Notes under the pieces: generated by a model | Seen by the model: only the letters and a program-made list of their open reading frames with translations | The model's database searches: none | Told to the model about the DNA's origin: nothing | In this document: positions 10,492-20,777 of the stretch, in pieces | Position numbering within the stretch: position 1 is the stretch's first letter | How the letters are laid out: every line of letters starts with the position of its first letter | Made by a program: the position numbers and the translations under genes | Source: Candidatus Cloacimonadales bacterium | Lineage (GTDB): Bacteria; Cloacimonadota; Cloacimonadia; Cloacimonadales; JAIOQZ01 | Reading direction: 5' to 3' | Length of the DNA: 64,000 nt | NCBI GenBank assembly: GCA_963665815.1 | Contig: OY762463.1 | Coordinates: 2,304,001 to 2,368,000 of the forward strand

Positions 10492-10516
10492 GTAGAGGCA
10501 CAACATCTTGTGTCTC
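10492..10516 (+). repeat. GTAG-type REP-like palindrome
   Basis: GTAG overlapping the stem GAGGCACAA-catc-TTGTGTCTC, the layout of GTAG-family REPs. Confidence 0.45.
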
Positions 10517-10796
10517 AGAATAAGTGGTACGCATGCATCTGTCTTCGTTGTAAATACACCAGACAAATCCTTGTCTGCAAATACAGCTTCAACAAAAAAA
10601 TGCTCGAACGGCGTTGTAAGATAATTATATTAAAATTGATAGAGTTAGATAATGCGAGCAGGGATGCTTCACATCGTTCACATTGAGACAACCGGTCGTA
10701 TTTCTCTATGCGCTAAGGTCTACCTGCATTAATTTGTTTGGCAATCATCAATATTTATCATATTTTATTATATATAATAATCTTATGGAGACGTAA

Positions 10797-11456
10797 ATGA
10801 ACAATCATAAATTAGAATTCAGATATAATGATAAGATTAAAGCAATTATTAAGGATGAAGAAGGTATAAATGATGCAGACAAGATAACTAAGATTATCCT
10901 GAAATATAATCTGCTTAAGGATTTTCAGCAAAGTATTGAATCCGAGACAAGAAAACTTTCTCGAAAAATAAAAGACCTTTCCAGACAAGCATTTACTGAC
11001 CCCAACATTAACATGCACAATAAAAATTTTCTGGATCATAAACTTGATGTGCTTATTAATGATCTAGATAACGACGGACCTTTATTTAGTATCGTAATCT
11101 TTGATGTTTCTGAAGTTTACAACAACCTTGATTCAGATGATTTTAAGTTTATGAACAAGAATATCTCAACAAATCTTTCCATGCAGACAAGAGACATAGA
11201 TATCATAAGTACAATGGACGAAACTCATTTTGCTTTAATCACATTTACAATAGAAGAAAACTCGCTTACAGGCTATGCAGACAGGTGCAAGAATGTTATA
11301 GCAACTACTATTACAGATTTTACGGACACTGAAGGTGGTGTTAAGGAAAATATCTTTTACGGTTATTCCATCTCCAGATACTCAGATACTACCACCTCAC
11401 TTCTGGACAGAGTAATTAACGAAACCCGGAAGGAAAAAGTAAAGGCAAAAGTTTAA
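10797..11456 (+). CDS. Degenerate GGDEF-domain protein with N-terminal coiled coil
   Basis: AFTDPNINMHNKNFL (DxLTGLxN-like), IVIFDV, and RDIDIISTMDETHFALI aligning to RxxDxxxRxGGDEF. Confidence 0.65.
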   Translation: MNNHKLEFRYNDKIKAIIKDEEGINDADKITKIILKYNLLKDFQQSIESETRKLSRKIKDLSRQAFTDPNINMHNKNFLDHKLDVLINDLDNDGPLFSIVIFDVSEVYNNLDSDDFKFMNKNISTNLSMQTRDIDIISTMDETHFALITFTIEENSLTGYADRCKNVIATTITDFTDTEGGVKENIFYGYSISRYSDTTTSLLDRVINETRKEKVKAKV

Positions 11457-11899
11457 CTCTCTGAAGTTTAGACCTTGGATTCACTGTAGTTACACATTTA
11501 TTCCATATTGCATTAACTGGTTATTTTATTGTTGAACTTTATCTTATCATGCCTCTTTGATTAACTCTTAAATTTCTGAACAATTTTCGTCAAATTTCAC
11601 TGGACATAATTCTCATATAGATTAAGAGCTTTGCATAATAGCAAAATCGAAAAGCTTCGGTGAAAGAAATTCGATGAGATTTAAGAATTCATCAAAAAAA
11701 CATTCAGAGGAGTTCGTTTTGAGCTGGAATCTGATGAATACTGAAATCGAGTCAACTACTCCTGTTAAGTAAAGCTCTCAGATTACTTTTCTGCTATATT
11801 AGTTTTATGTAATTACTGAAAAATCGGATAAGTTTTATTGAAGTAAAAGCAGAGTTACTACAGACTGAAAGATTCATATAATCGTAAGGTGTTATTTTT

Positions 11900-13057
11900 A
11901 TGAAAAAGAAAATTATCTATATTGTGTTGGTTATTGTTACTGCTTTTTTTGCATATCGTGTCTACAATCTTGTAAAAGACAAATATTTTGCATCTACTGG
12001 TAACAACAGAAGAAATCAGGCTACAGCAGTCTATGCAGAAAATATCCCATTAGGCAGTATATCTGACATTATTGAGCTCAATGGAGACCTTAAAGCGTTA
12101 TATTCATACAAGCTGAAAGCTGAAGTATCAGGTACCCTGAATAAAATCAACTGTGAACTCGGTGATCAGATTGATGAAGCGAAAACAGCTGCTTTTATTG
12201 ATGACCACGAGTATATACTCAGGAGCAGAGAAGCAGAAGCTCAACTGAATGTTAAACAGGCAAAATATAATCAGCAGAACAGTAAAAAGAAAAATGCCGA
12301 AGCTGATTTTCAAAGAGCCCAGTCCCTGCATTCCCAAAGTTTCATATCCGACTCGGAATTCGAAGAAGCAGAATATGACTACAACACTTTTATTGCAGAC
12401 TATCATACAGCCGGAGCTGAATTAGCTGCCGCTCAGGCACAGTTCGATCTGGCTCAGACAGATTTGCACAAAACCAAACTCAGAGTTAATAAAAAGGGTA
12501 TCGTTGCAGAAAAGTTCTATGATATTGGCAGCTACATCAGTGCCGGAAGTTCTGTATTCACAATTGTAAACATCGACACTATTATTGTCAGGACATCCAT
12601 CTCAGAAAAAGATTATCCGAAAGTGAACCGGGGTCAGTCTGTGGAAATCCATATTGATGCTATGCCGCAGAGAAAATTTACCGGCTATATCTCAGCTATT
12701 GCACCGGTACTTAACACCGAAACCAGAATGGCAAATCTGGAAATTAAAATAGAAAACAAAGACAAATCCCTGAAACCGGGTATGTACTGTACAATCAGAA
12801 TTTATGCTGAAGAAAAATCAAATGTTCCACTAATACCTAATAATGTAATTGTGAAAGTTAATGATGTATCCGGAGTATATTCTGTTGATGAAAAGGAGAT
12901 GAAAGCAATATTCGTACCTGTAAAACTTGGTATTATCTCAGAAAAATACTCAGAATTGCTCTCACCTGTTATAAATAACAAAATCATTACATTCGGACAG
13001 TTCCAGATCAAGAAAGGTTCATCTGTTAAGATCACAAATGAGAATGGTGGTAAATAA
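11900..13057 (+). CDS. RND efflux periplasmic adaptor (MFP) subunit
   Basis: N-terminal TM anchor, AEVSG lipoyl half, alpha-hairpin, G.ISAIAPVLNTETR and LKPGM motifs. Confidence 0.92.
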   Translation: MKKKIIYIVLVIVTAFFAYRVYNLVKDKYFASTGNNRRNQATAVYAENIPLGSISDIIELNGDLKALYSYKLKAEVSGTLNKINCELGDQIDEAKTAAFIDDHEYILRSREAEAQLNVKQAKYNQQNSKKKNAEADFQRAQSLHSQSFISDSEFEEAEYDYNTFIADYHTAGAELAAAQAQFDLAQTDLHKTKLRVNKKGIVAEKFYDIGSYISAGSSVFTIVNIDTIIVRTSISEKDYPKVNRGQSVEIHIDAMPQRKFTGYISAIAPVLNTETRMANLEIKIENKDKSLKPGMYCTIRIYAEEKSNVPLIPNNVIVKVNDVSGVYSVDEKEMKAIFVPVKLGIISEKYSELLSPVINNKIITFGQFQIKKGSSVKITNENGGK

Positions 13058-13059
13058 GA

Positions 13060-16000
13060 ATGAGTATTGCAAGAGGTCCCGTTGAACGCCCGGTGCTGAC
13101 ATTTATCATATTTCTGATAATTGTTATACTCGGTATAATATCATTCTTTCGTTTACCTATAGATCTTATGCCGGAGATTACATATCCGACAATCTCAGTG
13201 GCAACAAGCTATCCGAATGTTGGTCCTCAGGAAATTGAGGAACAGATAACGCGAATAGTCGAAGAAGCAATTGCTGCTGTTCAAGGGGTTAAAGAAATTA
13301 CTTCTACATCCACAGAAGGAAGCAGTTCCGTGAGAATATCTTTCGAGTGGGGTACAAATCTGGATATTGCAGCGAATGATGTAAGAGACCGCATTGACAG
13401 AATTCTCTCCAGACTACCCGATGATGTAGACCGTCCTTCTATCCGCAAGTTCGACCTCTCTGCATTCCCTGTTCTGATTCTCGGAGTTTCCGCAGAAATG
13501 GATCCACTTGTTCTGAAGCAGACAATAGAAGATCAGATTAAGTACAGACTGGAAAGAATAAACGGAGTAGCGTCTATTGATATCAGAGGTGGGTGGAACA
13601 GAGAAATCAGTGTGCGGCTTTCATCTGAAAAAATGCAGGCATACGGGATATCAATTACAGAGATTCAGAATGCGATTGCCAGGGATAATGAAAATACTCC
13701 TGTCGGACTGGTTACCAATGGTGGAAGAGATTTACTGGTCAGGACAATGGGACAGTTTACTTCATTAAATGAATTGAAAAACGTTGTCGTCAGGAATGTT
13801 GATCAGCAATCCGTAAAGCTCTCAGATATTTGTGAAATTGAGGATACTCACGAGGAAATAACACAGATACACAGAATCGACAATAAACCTGGTTTAAGAA
13901 TATCCATAAGTAAGCAGTCCGGAGCTAACACTGTAGATGTTGTGAAAACAATCAAACATGAGCTGAAAAAAATAGCTCAGGATTATCCTCAGATACAGCT
14001 TGTACCGATAATCGATTCATCAAAATATATCAAGCAATCTATCAACAATGTCGGTGTATCCGTATTTGTGGGAGGTCTGCTTGCCATAGTCATTCTTTTC
14101 CTTTTTCTCGGGAACATCTCCAGCACGGGGATTATTGCAACTGCGATTCCGGTCTCTGTTTTAGCTACATTCGGACTTCTCTACTTCTCTGGTCTCACTC
14201 TCAACATCATGACATTTGGAGGTCTTGCTCTTGGAATAGGGATGCTTGTAGACAGCTCTATTGTTGTTCTGGAGAACATTTCCCGGCACAAGGAGAAAGG
14301 AAGTTCGGTAATTAAAAGTACCTTGCAGGGAACCTCTGAGGTCTGGTCTGCCATTCTTGCCAGTGTTCTGACAACTATCGTAGTATTCCTGCCTGTTATA
14401 TTCATAAAAGGTATGTCCGGTGTCATGTTCCAGCAGATGGCTATAGTGGTGAGTTTCTCGCTTCTGTGTTCACTTGTTGTCTCATTGACTCTTATTCCGA
14501 TGCTCAGTTCAAGGTTCATGTCTGAAAAAAGTGCAGATGCTAATAAAGCAGGTACTCTTCCTGCAGTAAAATTCGTTTCATCCCTGTTGAAAAAAGCAGA
14601 AGACTACTATCTGAAAATCCTGAGATTCTCACTTCTTAACCGTAAATATATTCTGATAATTTGCGGACTGTTGTTTGCTGTTTCTCTGTTTATGATTACA
14701 CTGATTGGTGTGGAGCTCATGCCGGAAACAGATGAAGGTGAGGTTCGGGTTGACCTCGAAATGGCTATTGGGACAGAACTGGAAGATATTGACGCCATGA
14801 CAACCAGAGCAGAAAAAATCGTCAGTGATAACGTACCTGAGCTTGTTTCGATGATAACCAGAATAGGAAGTGGAGGGTGGAGAGCTCGTGGAGGACACAC
14901 TTCTCAGATCAGGATATCTTTACCTGAGAGAAACAATAGGAAACGCAGCAGCAAGGAAATAGCTAATGACTTAAGAAAGAAGCTCAGCAGTCTTGTTGGA
15001 GTTAAAATCCGAACCAGAGCAGCCGGTGGTTTATTCATTATGCGCATGGGAACATCTTCTGATGATAATCTCAGCGTTGAAGTACGTGGCTATAACCTTA
15101 AAATTGCTAATGATCTTGCCAAAAAAATAGATGAAGCTGTCCAACAGGTTACGGGAATTACAGATACAAGAATCAGCCGGGAAGAAGGGAATCCTGAACT
15201 GGTTTTGCATATAGACAGAGAAAAAGCTGCTGACTCCGGTCTCAGTATAAGTGATGTGACTGATGCTCTGCAAACTCTAATAAGCGGATCAAACGTTTCA
15301 TACTACCGTGAATCAGGAAAGCAATTCCCTATATTTGTTCGTCTGAAAGAAGAAGACAGAACATCTATGAAAGACATCCTGAATTTGTCACTGCAGAACA
15401 GGAATGGAGACTATGTTATTCTGAGTAATATAATATCTACAGAAACTTCAGAAGGTCCGATCAGGATCGAGAGGAAAAACCAGGAGAGAATCATAAATAT
15501 CACAGCCAACTTTATTGGTCGCGATATGGGATCAGTTATAAAAGACGTGCGCAAGGCTATTAAGGACATACCTGTGCACAAAGATTTCTCTATTCTTTTT
15601 GGTGGAGATTACGAAGAACAACAGAAGTCTTTCAGGGAGTTGATGTTTGCCTTTGCGTTGGCGATTGTGCTCGTATTTCTCGTTATGGCAGGTCAATTCG
15701 AGTCGTTCCTCGATCCCTTTGTAATCCTGTTTTCAGTACCAATGGCGCTGATCGGGGTTGTGATAACTATGATCTTCACGAATACAGTATTCAGTATGCA
15801 GGCATTGATAGGCTGCATTATGCTGGCAGGAATTGTGGTAAATAATGCTATTTTACTCGTGGACTATACGAACAGACTGCGCAGAGAAAGTGGTCTATCC
15901 CTGCAAAGCGCTATTGAAACAGCAGGACTGGGAAGGCTGAGACCTATCCTGATGACAACTCTGACGACAATCCTCGGGCTGCTGCCAATGTCTTTTGGTA

Positions 16001-16143
16001 TTGGAGATGGCGGCGAAGCTCAGGCTCCTATGGGAAGAGTTGTTATTGGTGGACTTATCAGTTCAACACTTATTACTCTGGTTCTGGTTCCGGTAATCTA
16101 CAGTATATTTGAACAAAGACTAAAGAAGGAAAATTCTACGTAA
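13060..16143 (+). CDS. RND efflux permease (AcrB/AcrD/AcrF family)
   Basis: 1027 aa with LPIDLMPEI, GMLVDSSIVVLENI, GIVVNNAILLVD and RLRPILMTTLTT. Confidence 0.95.
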   Translation: MSIARGPVERPVLTFIIFLIIVILGIISFFRLPIDLMPEITYPTISVATSYPNVGPQEIEEQITRIVEEAIAAVQGVKEITSTSTEGSSSVRISFEWGTNLDIAANDVRDRIDRILSRLPDDVDRPSIRKFDLSAFPVLILGVSAEMDPLVLKQTIEDQIKYRLERINGVASIDIRGGWNREISVRLSSEKMQAYGISITEIQNAIARDNENTPVGLVTNGGRDLLVRTMGQFTSLNELKNVVVRNVDQQSVKLSDICEIEDTHEEITQIHRIDNKPGLRISISKQSGANTVDVVKTIKHELKKIAQDYPQIQLVPIIDSSKYIKQSINNVGVSVFVGGLLAIVILFLFLGNISSTGIIATAIPVSVLATFGLLYFSGLTLNIMTFGGLALGIGMLVDSSIVVLENISRHKEKGSSVIKSTLQGTSEVWSAILASVLTTIVVFLPVIFIKGMSGVMFQQMAIVVSFSLLCSLVVSLTLIPMLSSRFMSEKSADANKAGTLPAVKFVSSLLKKAEDYYLKILRFSLLNRKYILIICGLLFAVSLFMITLIGVELMPETDEGEVRVDLEMAIGTELEDIDAMTTRAEKIVSDNVPELVSMITRIGSGGWRARGGHTSQIRISLPERNNRKRSSKEIANDLRKKLSSLVGVKIRTRAAGGLFIMRMGTSSDDNLSVEVRGYNLKIANDLAKKIDEAVQQVTGITDTRISREEGNPELVLHIDREKAADSGLSISDVTDALQTLISGSNVSYYRESGKQFPIFVRLKEEDRTSMKDILNLSLQNRNGDYVILSNIISTETSEGPIRIERKNQERIINITANFIGRDMGSVIKDVRKAIKDIPVHKDFSILFGGDYEEQQKSFRELMFAFALAIVLVFLVMAGQFESFLDPFVILFSVPMALIGVVITMIFTNTVFSMQALIGCIMLAGIVVNNAILLVDYTNRLRRESGLSLQSAIETAGLGRLRPILMTTLTTILGLLPMSFGIGDGGEAQAPMGRVVIGGLISSTLITLVLVPVIYSIFEQRLKKENST

Positions 16144-16891
16144 GCACTACATCTATCCCGATAAGAATAATGACGGCAAATACTATCAGGAAAAGGCATA
16201 AAGTATATGTCAGCAGGATTTTCAGTATCCTCAGGATGATATTTCCCGAATTGAAAAACTGAGCATAAGCAAAAAGCGAATACAGCAGTGAAAGCAACAT
16301 AGGTAAAAACTGTAGCCAGATGTTTTCAGGCTCTTCGGCTGCATATATTATAGTGAACAATACGAAAATAAAGATCTGCTGTGCTATAGCGTATATATTG
16401 AATACCAGATGTTCAAAGTAGTTATAACCTGATTTGAAAAAGACCATTCTGGATGATAAAGCCAATATTGGGCTTACCAGTAATGCAGAATAAGCAAAGT
16501 TTTTCCCGAACCAGCTCAAAATCCTGAAACTGCTGCTAAGAGCATTACCGTCATGCTGCAATCCGCCGATTATTCCGCTTAATGCATCCCCGAAAATCGT
16601 TCTTCGCCCGATTATAAGTGATAGAATGACATAAATTGCTGATGCCAGAAACAGGTATGTGACAGGTTTAGTATATTTAATCCTCTTTCCCATGAGGTAG
16701 TTTCTTACGGCAGCACCGGGACGATAACACATTTCCCTGAATGTAAACGGGAATCCTCGATTAATCTGCAAAGCTGTTGATGAGAAATCCGACAGAAAAT
16801 GCCTGAAACTGATTCTGCTGATTTTTTTTGACTGACCGCAATTATTACAGAAATTACCTTCGAACTCGTTGTTACAATTCTTACAAACCAT
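16136..16891 (-). CDS. DUF3667-like membrane protein with N-terminal zinc ribbon
   Basis: CKNC...GNFCNNCGQ, RPG...YLMGKRIKY.KP..YL, YNYFEHLVF. Start moved to ATG 16891, which has an AAGGA RBS. Confidence 0.75.
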   Translation of the reverse strand: MVCKNCNNEFEGNFCNNCGQSKKISRISFRHFLSDFSSTALQINRGFPFTFREMCYRPGAAVRNYLMGKRIKYTKPVTYLFLASAIYVILSLIIGRRTIFGDALSGIIGGLQHDGNALSSSFRILSWFGKNFAYSALLVSPILALSSRMVFFKSGYNYFEHLVFNIYAIAQQIFIFVLFTIIYAAEEPENIWLQFLPMLLSLLYSLFAYAQFFNSGNIILRILKILLTYTLCLFLIVFAVIILIGIDVVLT

Positions 16892-17055
16892 GTTATCCTT
16901 ACCTGTATTTAATACCAGTCTTGATATATGAAACAGCTCAAAGATTGTCAACAAGATTTAGTTTGGTATCTACCTCCTTCATTTACTGTGTGTGAAAACG
17001 CAAGTTATCTTAAAGTTAATGGTAATTTTTGTCGTTTCTTTGTTCAAAGCATATC

Positions 17056-17130
17056 CCCTTCGACTCCGCTCAGGGAGCTTTTAAGTCATAGCATATCTAT
17101 CAGTTAAGTTGGTTGGGCGGAGTCGAAGGG
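17056..17130. repeat. Inverted REP pair (REPIN/BIME-like)
   Basis: CCCTTCGACTCCGCTCA (17056-17072) and TGGGCGGAGTCGAAGGG (17114-17130) are inverted copies, 16/17 identical. Confidence 0.65.
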
Positions 17131-17203
17131 ATTAGTTTAAAATGATTAAAATGACAAAATTATGTTTTTACAAGCAATGTGAGCTTGGGCGATTGGAATA
17201 AAG

Positions 17204-17232
17204 AAAAGCCTGTCAGATTCCTCCGGCAGGCT
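17204..17232 (-). terminator. Intrinsic terminator of the SBP gene
   Basis: Hairpin AGCCTGTC-agattctcc-GGCAGGCT with an adjacent A-tract on + (U-tract on -). Confidence 0.6.
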
Positions 17233-17255
17233 CAGATATCGGTTGCATTTTTTGT

Positions 17256-17978
17256 TTAGTAAGGATATTGTGTGTATCCCGATTTTTCATAAAGCTTTTT
17301 CAGTTCACCACTCTTTATTAATTCTGCCATTCTTGTGTCCCAGATTTTAAGCAGTTCCTTACCGCGATCTGTTCCAACGAAAGCAACAAAAAGTTTCAGT
17401 TTAAGCAGTTCCTTAATTTCCACTTCACCCTTTAGTTCAGGGTTCTTATTAAGAGCATCTCCAATCTCAACAGAGGCATCAATAAGAACATCAAATCGGT
17501 TATTCTTGAGCATTTTCAAACCGCTGACACGATTATCAATCTCTTGAAATTCAGGTTTGAAATCGAAGTATTCATCATAGCCGTAGCCTCTCATCCAGGC
17601 GAGTCTCTTATCTTTAAGAGAGCTGATACCCTTCCAACCCGGGCATTTTCCCTTGATGAAGCAGGCGGAAACTTTATCTGTATCAAAATGATGTTCCGGG
17701 AACACAGCAAATTCTTCTTCATCTGCATAAGCTCCAACCCAGGCATCTTTCGATCCTGCTTCAACTTCATGGACTCCTCTTGCATAAGGAGCACTGCTGA
17801 TATTGACTTTGACTCCAGCCGGTTCAAATACAAGCTTAACCAGATCCCAGTAAAGACCTGTTCCGTCGGCGTTGGTTGCACCTTCCCATTCTTCACTTGT
17901 GATATTGATTTCAGTAACTTGAGCAAATAAGCTAACAACAGCAATAACTGCCAATAGCATGAAAACTGACTTTTTCAT
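17256..17978 (-). CDS. Orphan solute-binding protein (family 3, polar amino acid type)
   Basis: Signal peptide; GLYWDLVKLVF, PYARG, RGYGY, GLKMLKNNRFDVLI, GELKKLYEK. Confidence 0.75.
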   Translation of the reverse strand: MKKSVFMLLAVIAVVSLFAQVTEINITSEEWEGATNADGTGLYWDLVKLVFEPAGVKVNISSAPYARGVHEVEAGSKDAWVGAYADEEEFAVFPEHHFDTDKVSACFIKGKCPGWKGISSLKDKRLAWMRGYGYDEYFDFKPEFQEIDNRVSGLKMLKNNRFDVLIDASVEIGDALNKNPELKGEVEIKELLKLKLFVAFVGTDRGKELLKIWDTRMAELIKSGELKKLYEKSGYTQYPY

Positions 17979-18129
17979 AATACTTCCTTCTATGTAGTAT
18001 GTTAAACTATAATGCTACATGTTAATATATTAGCAAGCAATTTCTGGCAGAACTTGAATTGAGTTACGCATTCCCGACATTAAAATGGCTAAAAATAAGG
18101 GACAAAAACTTGTACCCTGACTAAAATAC

Positions 18130-18160
18130 AAAAAGCCTGTCAGATTTCCCTGACAGGCTT
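18130..18160 (-). terminator. Intrinsic terminator
   Basis: Perfect stem AAGCCTGTCAG-atttcc-CTGACAGGCTT with an A-tract on its left. Confidence 0.75.
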
Positions 18161-18214
18161 CTTAACAATTTATGAATTAATGTCAGATTGTTTCTACATT
18201 AATTGACATTCTGG
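18156..18214 (-). repeat. 59-bp direct repeat (displaced copy of the atpC 3' end plus downstream sequence); att-like
   Basis: GGCTTCTTAACAATTTATGAATTAATGTCAGATTGTTTCTACATTAATTGACATTCTGG is identical to 26730-26788; it encodes the AtpC C-terminus RMSINVETI* on the minus strand. Confidence 0.92.
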
Positions 18215-18232
18215 GGAGGCAAATATAAGGTA

Positions 18233-20587
18233 TTATTTCAACATTATCATTTTGTTTATCAGCGATGACTTTTCTGTTTTGACTTTATAGAAATATACTC
18301 CGGATGCTACGCTCTTGTTGTTTTGGTCTGTTCCGTTCCATTTTATTGTATGATATCCGCTTTCTTGATTTTTATTTATCAACTGCTTAACCTTCTGCCC
18401 CTTAATATTATACACTTCAATACAAACATTGCCTTCTTCAGGAAGACTGTATGATATGGTTGTGGTTGGGTTGAAGGGGTTAGGGTAGTTGTTAGCTGTA
18501 ACTTTTGTGTCTCTAAAATCTGAATACTTATTGAAATTGCCCACAGGCTGCCACTCATAACAGCCCATATCTACAGTACTGCCGTATGTTCTGGTGTTTC
18601 CTGCCAGATCAAGCAGTGGGAAATTACTGCCTGCTACTGCTCCGGCATCCACGCAGGGACTTGTTTCCTGCAATTTGTAATAGTCTGTGCTTGTGCTGTC
18701 TCCTCCGACAAACTCAGGCAAAACATCAATATTGGTGTCTTCGTAAGTAAGTAGATGCTCGTTTTCTTTGGGTATTACCATAACTGATTGCTCTCCACCT
18801 AAAATCAGATTATTACTAATCGTGGAGGAGTTCTGGTGATCTACAGTACATATTGCTATTTCTCTGGAATCGTACATAGAATATGGATTGTAGAAAATAT
18901 TATTATATACGTAAGAATTATTACCCACAATTTCAAACTTAACAAGCTGATCCTGAAAACTGATATAATTATTAGCAAATGTATTATTCCTGACATATGT
19001 GTCACCATAAATAGAACCAATATACCCCACAGCCTGTGCGTTGTATGATATATTGTTTACTACAAGGTTGTTATCAAATACAACAAGACTGTCTCCAAAC
19101 AGAACAAAAGCATTTTCATTGAGAGGAGCATAGCTTGTATTTCCATTGAATATACTGTTGGACACATAAACAGAGTCTGCTGTTACCCTTACTGCATTAT
19201 CACAACATTCTATATGATACTCTGTTACCTGATTACCGGTGAACTCGCAATTGTCTATTACTGCTTTGCCAATCCCAGACATAAATAAACCGGAATTACT
19301 ATCCGTTGATCTACAATTAAGTATTTTAACGTTTCTCAATTCAGCAGACTCGCATCCTTCAATCATTAATCCTGCAAAATTTCGAGCATAGCAGTTTTTT
19401 ATGACAACATCATCTAGTTGTATCTTCCTACCATTATGCCCTCGGAAAGTCAGTCCTTCACCTACGGGATTTTCTATAGTTAACCCTGATATTTCAATAT
19501 CTTTGTATTCATACATTGCATAAACAACACGTCTATCTGAAATATACCCACCAAGATAAGTGACATCTGAGCCTGCTCCGGCTAATCTGCAATGACTCTT
19601 CAATACAGGAGTATTAAATCTATCCAGAAACTGGAGCGAATAATCTCCGGCTGCAATATGAACAGTTTTGGGATTAAGACTGTCTGCCGCCAAAAGCTTG
19701 CAGGCATCTACAATTGAATACTTTGGATCATCGGGTGAAAGTCCGGAGTTAGCATCATCTCCATCCATTGATACATACAAATCTGCATTTACCGGTGTTA
19801 TGTGTCCTCTGAGAATGTCAAACTGCATGGGATTTCCTGTATATGATGAAAATAATCTACTGTAGTTTGCATAATATCGGGATGCAACAGCTTCACTGAA
19901 CTTATCAAGATAAATCATTATTACTTTATCATAATTTCGGGGAATATATCGAATTTCAATATCCATACCTCCATATGCCATATTATTGTATATACTGCAT
20001 CTGTTCACAGAAGAAAAGATCATTTCTGAAGTTAATTCTGGTTTATAACAAACTCCCCCCCCTGACCATGAGAAATTATCATGTATATCAAGCCCGGCTA
20101 ATTCAATATCTACTTCACCGGAAATATAAATTCCTCCTCCAAGATGAGTAACTTTATTTTCATAAATATCACAATTTGTAATCTTCATATTGCCATCTGC
20201 ATTAATACTGATGCCACCACCAACGGGACTAACTCCTCCGTAACCATTGGTAATTGTAAAACCTCTTATTTCTGCATTGTTTACCTGCTGTCCCCAGATT
20301 TCTATTACCTTGCCGACACCACAACCATTTAGTATGGTTTCTGCAATATAATGATTTTCTCCGGTTAGTGCTTCCATTGAATAAAGTTTTATGCATCTAC
20401 CGTTAAAATTAAGATTTACTGCATAAAATCCAGGATATACAAGTACAATATCACCATCGGATGAGCTGTCTATCGCCTGCTGTATATCGGTAAAATCTCC
20501 GCTGCCATCAAGGTTTACTGTATGTGTTAAACTTAACAGTATCAATGGTACTAGTGTAAGTATAAGTATTGCAAGCTGCTTTTTCAT
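18233..20587 (-). CDS. Secreted parallel beta-helix (pectin-lyase-like / DUF1565-like) protein with FlgD-Ig/T9SS-like CTD, paralog A
   Basis: Signal peptide; DFTDIQQAID...GDIVLVYPG, GGGI repeats, YVSMDGDDANSGLSPDDP, SPCVDAG...DLAGN.R...VDMGCYE; C-terminal NYPNPFNPTT CTD. Confidence 0.8.
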   Translation of the reverse strand: MKKQLAILILTLVPLILLSLTHTVNLDGSGDFTDIQQAIDSSSDGDIVLVYPGFYAVNLNFNGRCIKLYSMEALTGENHYIAETILNGCGVGKVIEIWGQQVNNAEIRGFTITNGYGGVSPVGGGISINADGNMKITNCDIYENKVTHLGGGIYISGEVDIELAGLDIHDNFSWSGGGVCYKPELTSEMIFSSVNRCSIYNNMAYGGMDIEIRYIPRNYDKVIMIYLDKFSEAVASRYYANYSRLFSSYTGNPMQFDILRGHITPVNADLYVSMDGDDANSGLSPDDPKYSIVDACKLLAADSLNPKTVHIAAGDYSLQFLDRFNTPVLKSHCRLAGAGSDVTYLGGYISDRRVVYAMYEYKDIEISGLTIENPVGEGLTFRGHNGRKIQLDDVVIKNCYARNFAGLMIEGCESAELRNVKILNCRSTDSNSGLFMSGIGKAVIDNCEFTGNQVTEYHIECCDNAVRVTADSVYVSNSIFNGNTSYAPLNENAFVLFGDSLVVFDNNLVVNNISYNAQAVGYIGSIYGDTYVRNNTFANNYISFQDQLVKFEIVGNNSYVYNNIFYNPYSMYDSREIAICTVDHQNSSTISNNLILGGEQSVMVIPKENEHLLTYEDTNIDVLPEFVGGDSTSTDYYKLQETSPCVDAGAVAGSNFPLLDLAGNTRTYGSTVDMGCYEWQPVGNFNKYSDFRDTKVTANNYPNPFNPTTTISYSLPEEGNVCIEVYNIKGQKVKQLINKNQESGYHTIKWNGTDQNNKSVASGVYFYKVKTEKSSLINKMIMLK

Positions 20588-20608
20588 AGGTTTCCTTCTT
20601 TTGAAATT

Positions 20609-20772
20609 CTCCTCTATAAAGAGGAGTACTCCGCTTTGCGGAGGGAGGTGTGTCTCACACCTTCCGAATGGACTTTGTCCTTCCGAATGGTGTGAGATAT
20701 ATTTATTTATTATTGTTAAACCTCAGCCTGTCCTGACTAAATCAGGACAGACAGCTCCCTGTATAGGGAGCA
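20609..20772. repeat. Composite palindromic (REP-cluster-like) intergenic element
   Basis: Hairpins CTCCTCT/AGAGGAG, CTCCGC/GCGGAG, TCTCACACC/GGTGTGAGA, CTGTCCTGA/TCAGGACAG and GCTCCCT/AGGGAGC. The first two recur at ~23153-23195. Confidence 0.55.
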
Positions 20773-20777
20773 CTCTT

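Noticed and set aside
11457-11899. Structured RNA upstream of the RND operon
   Set aside because: Only short AT-rich imperfect hairpins; no recognisable family.
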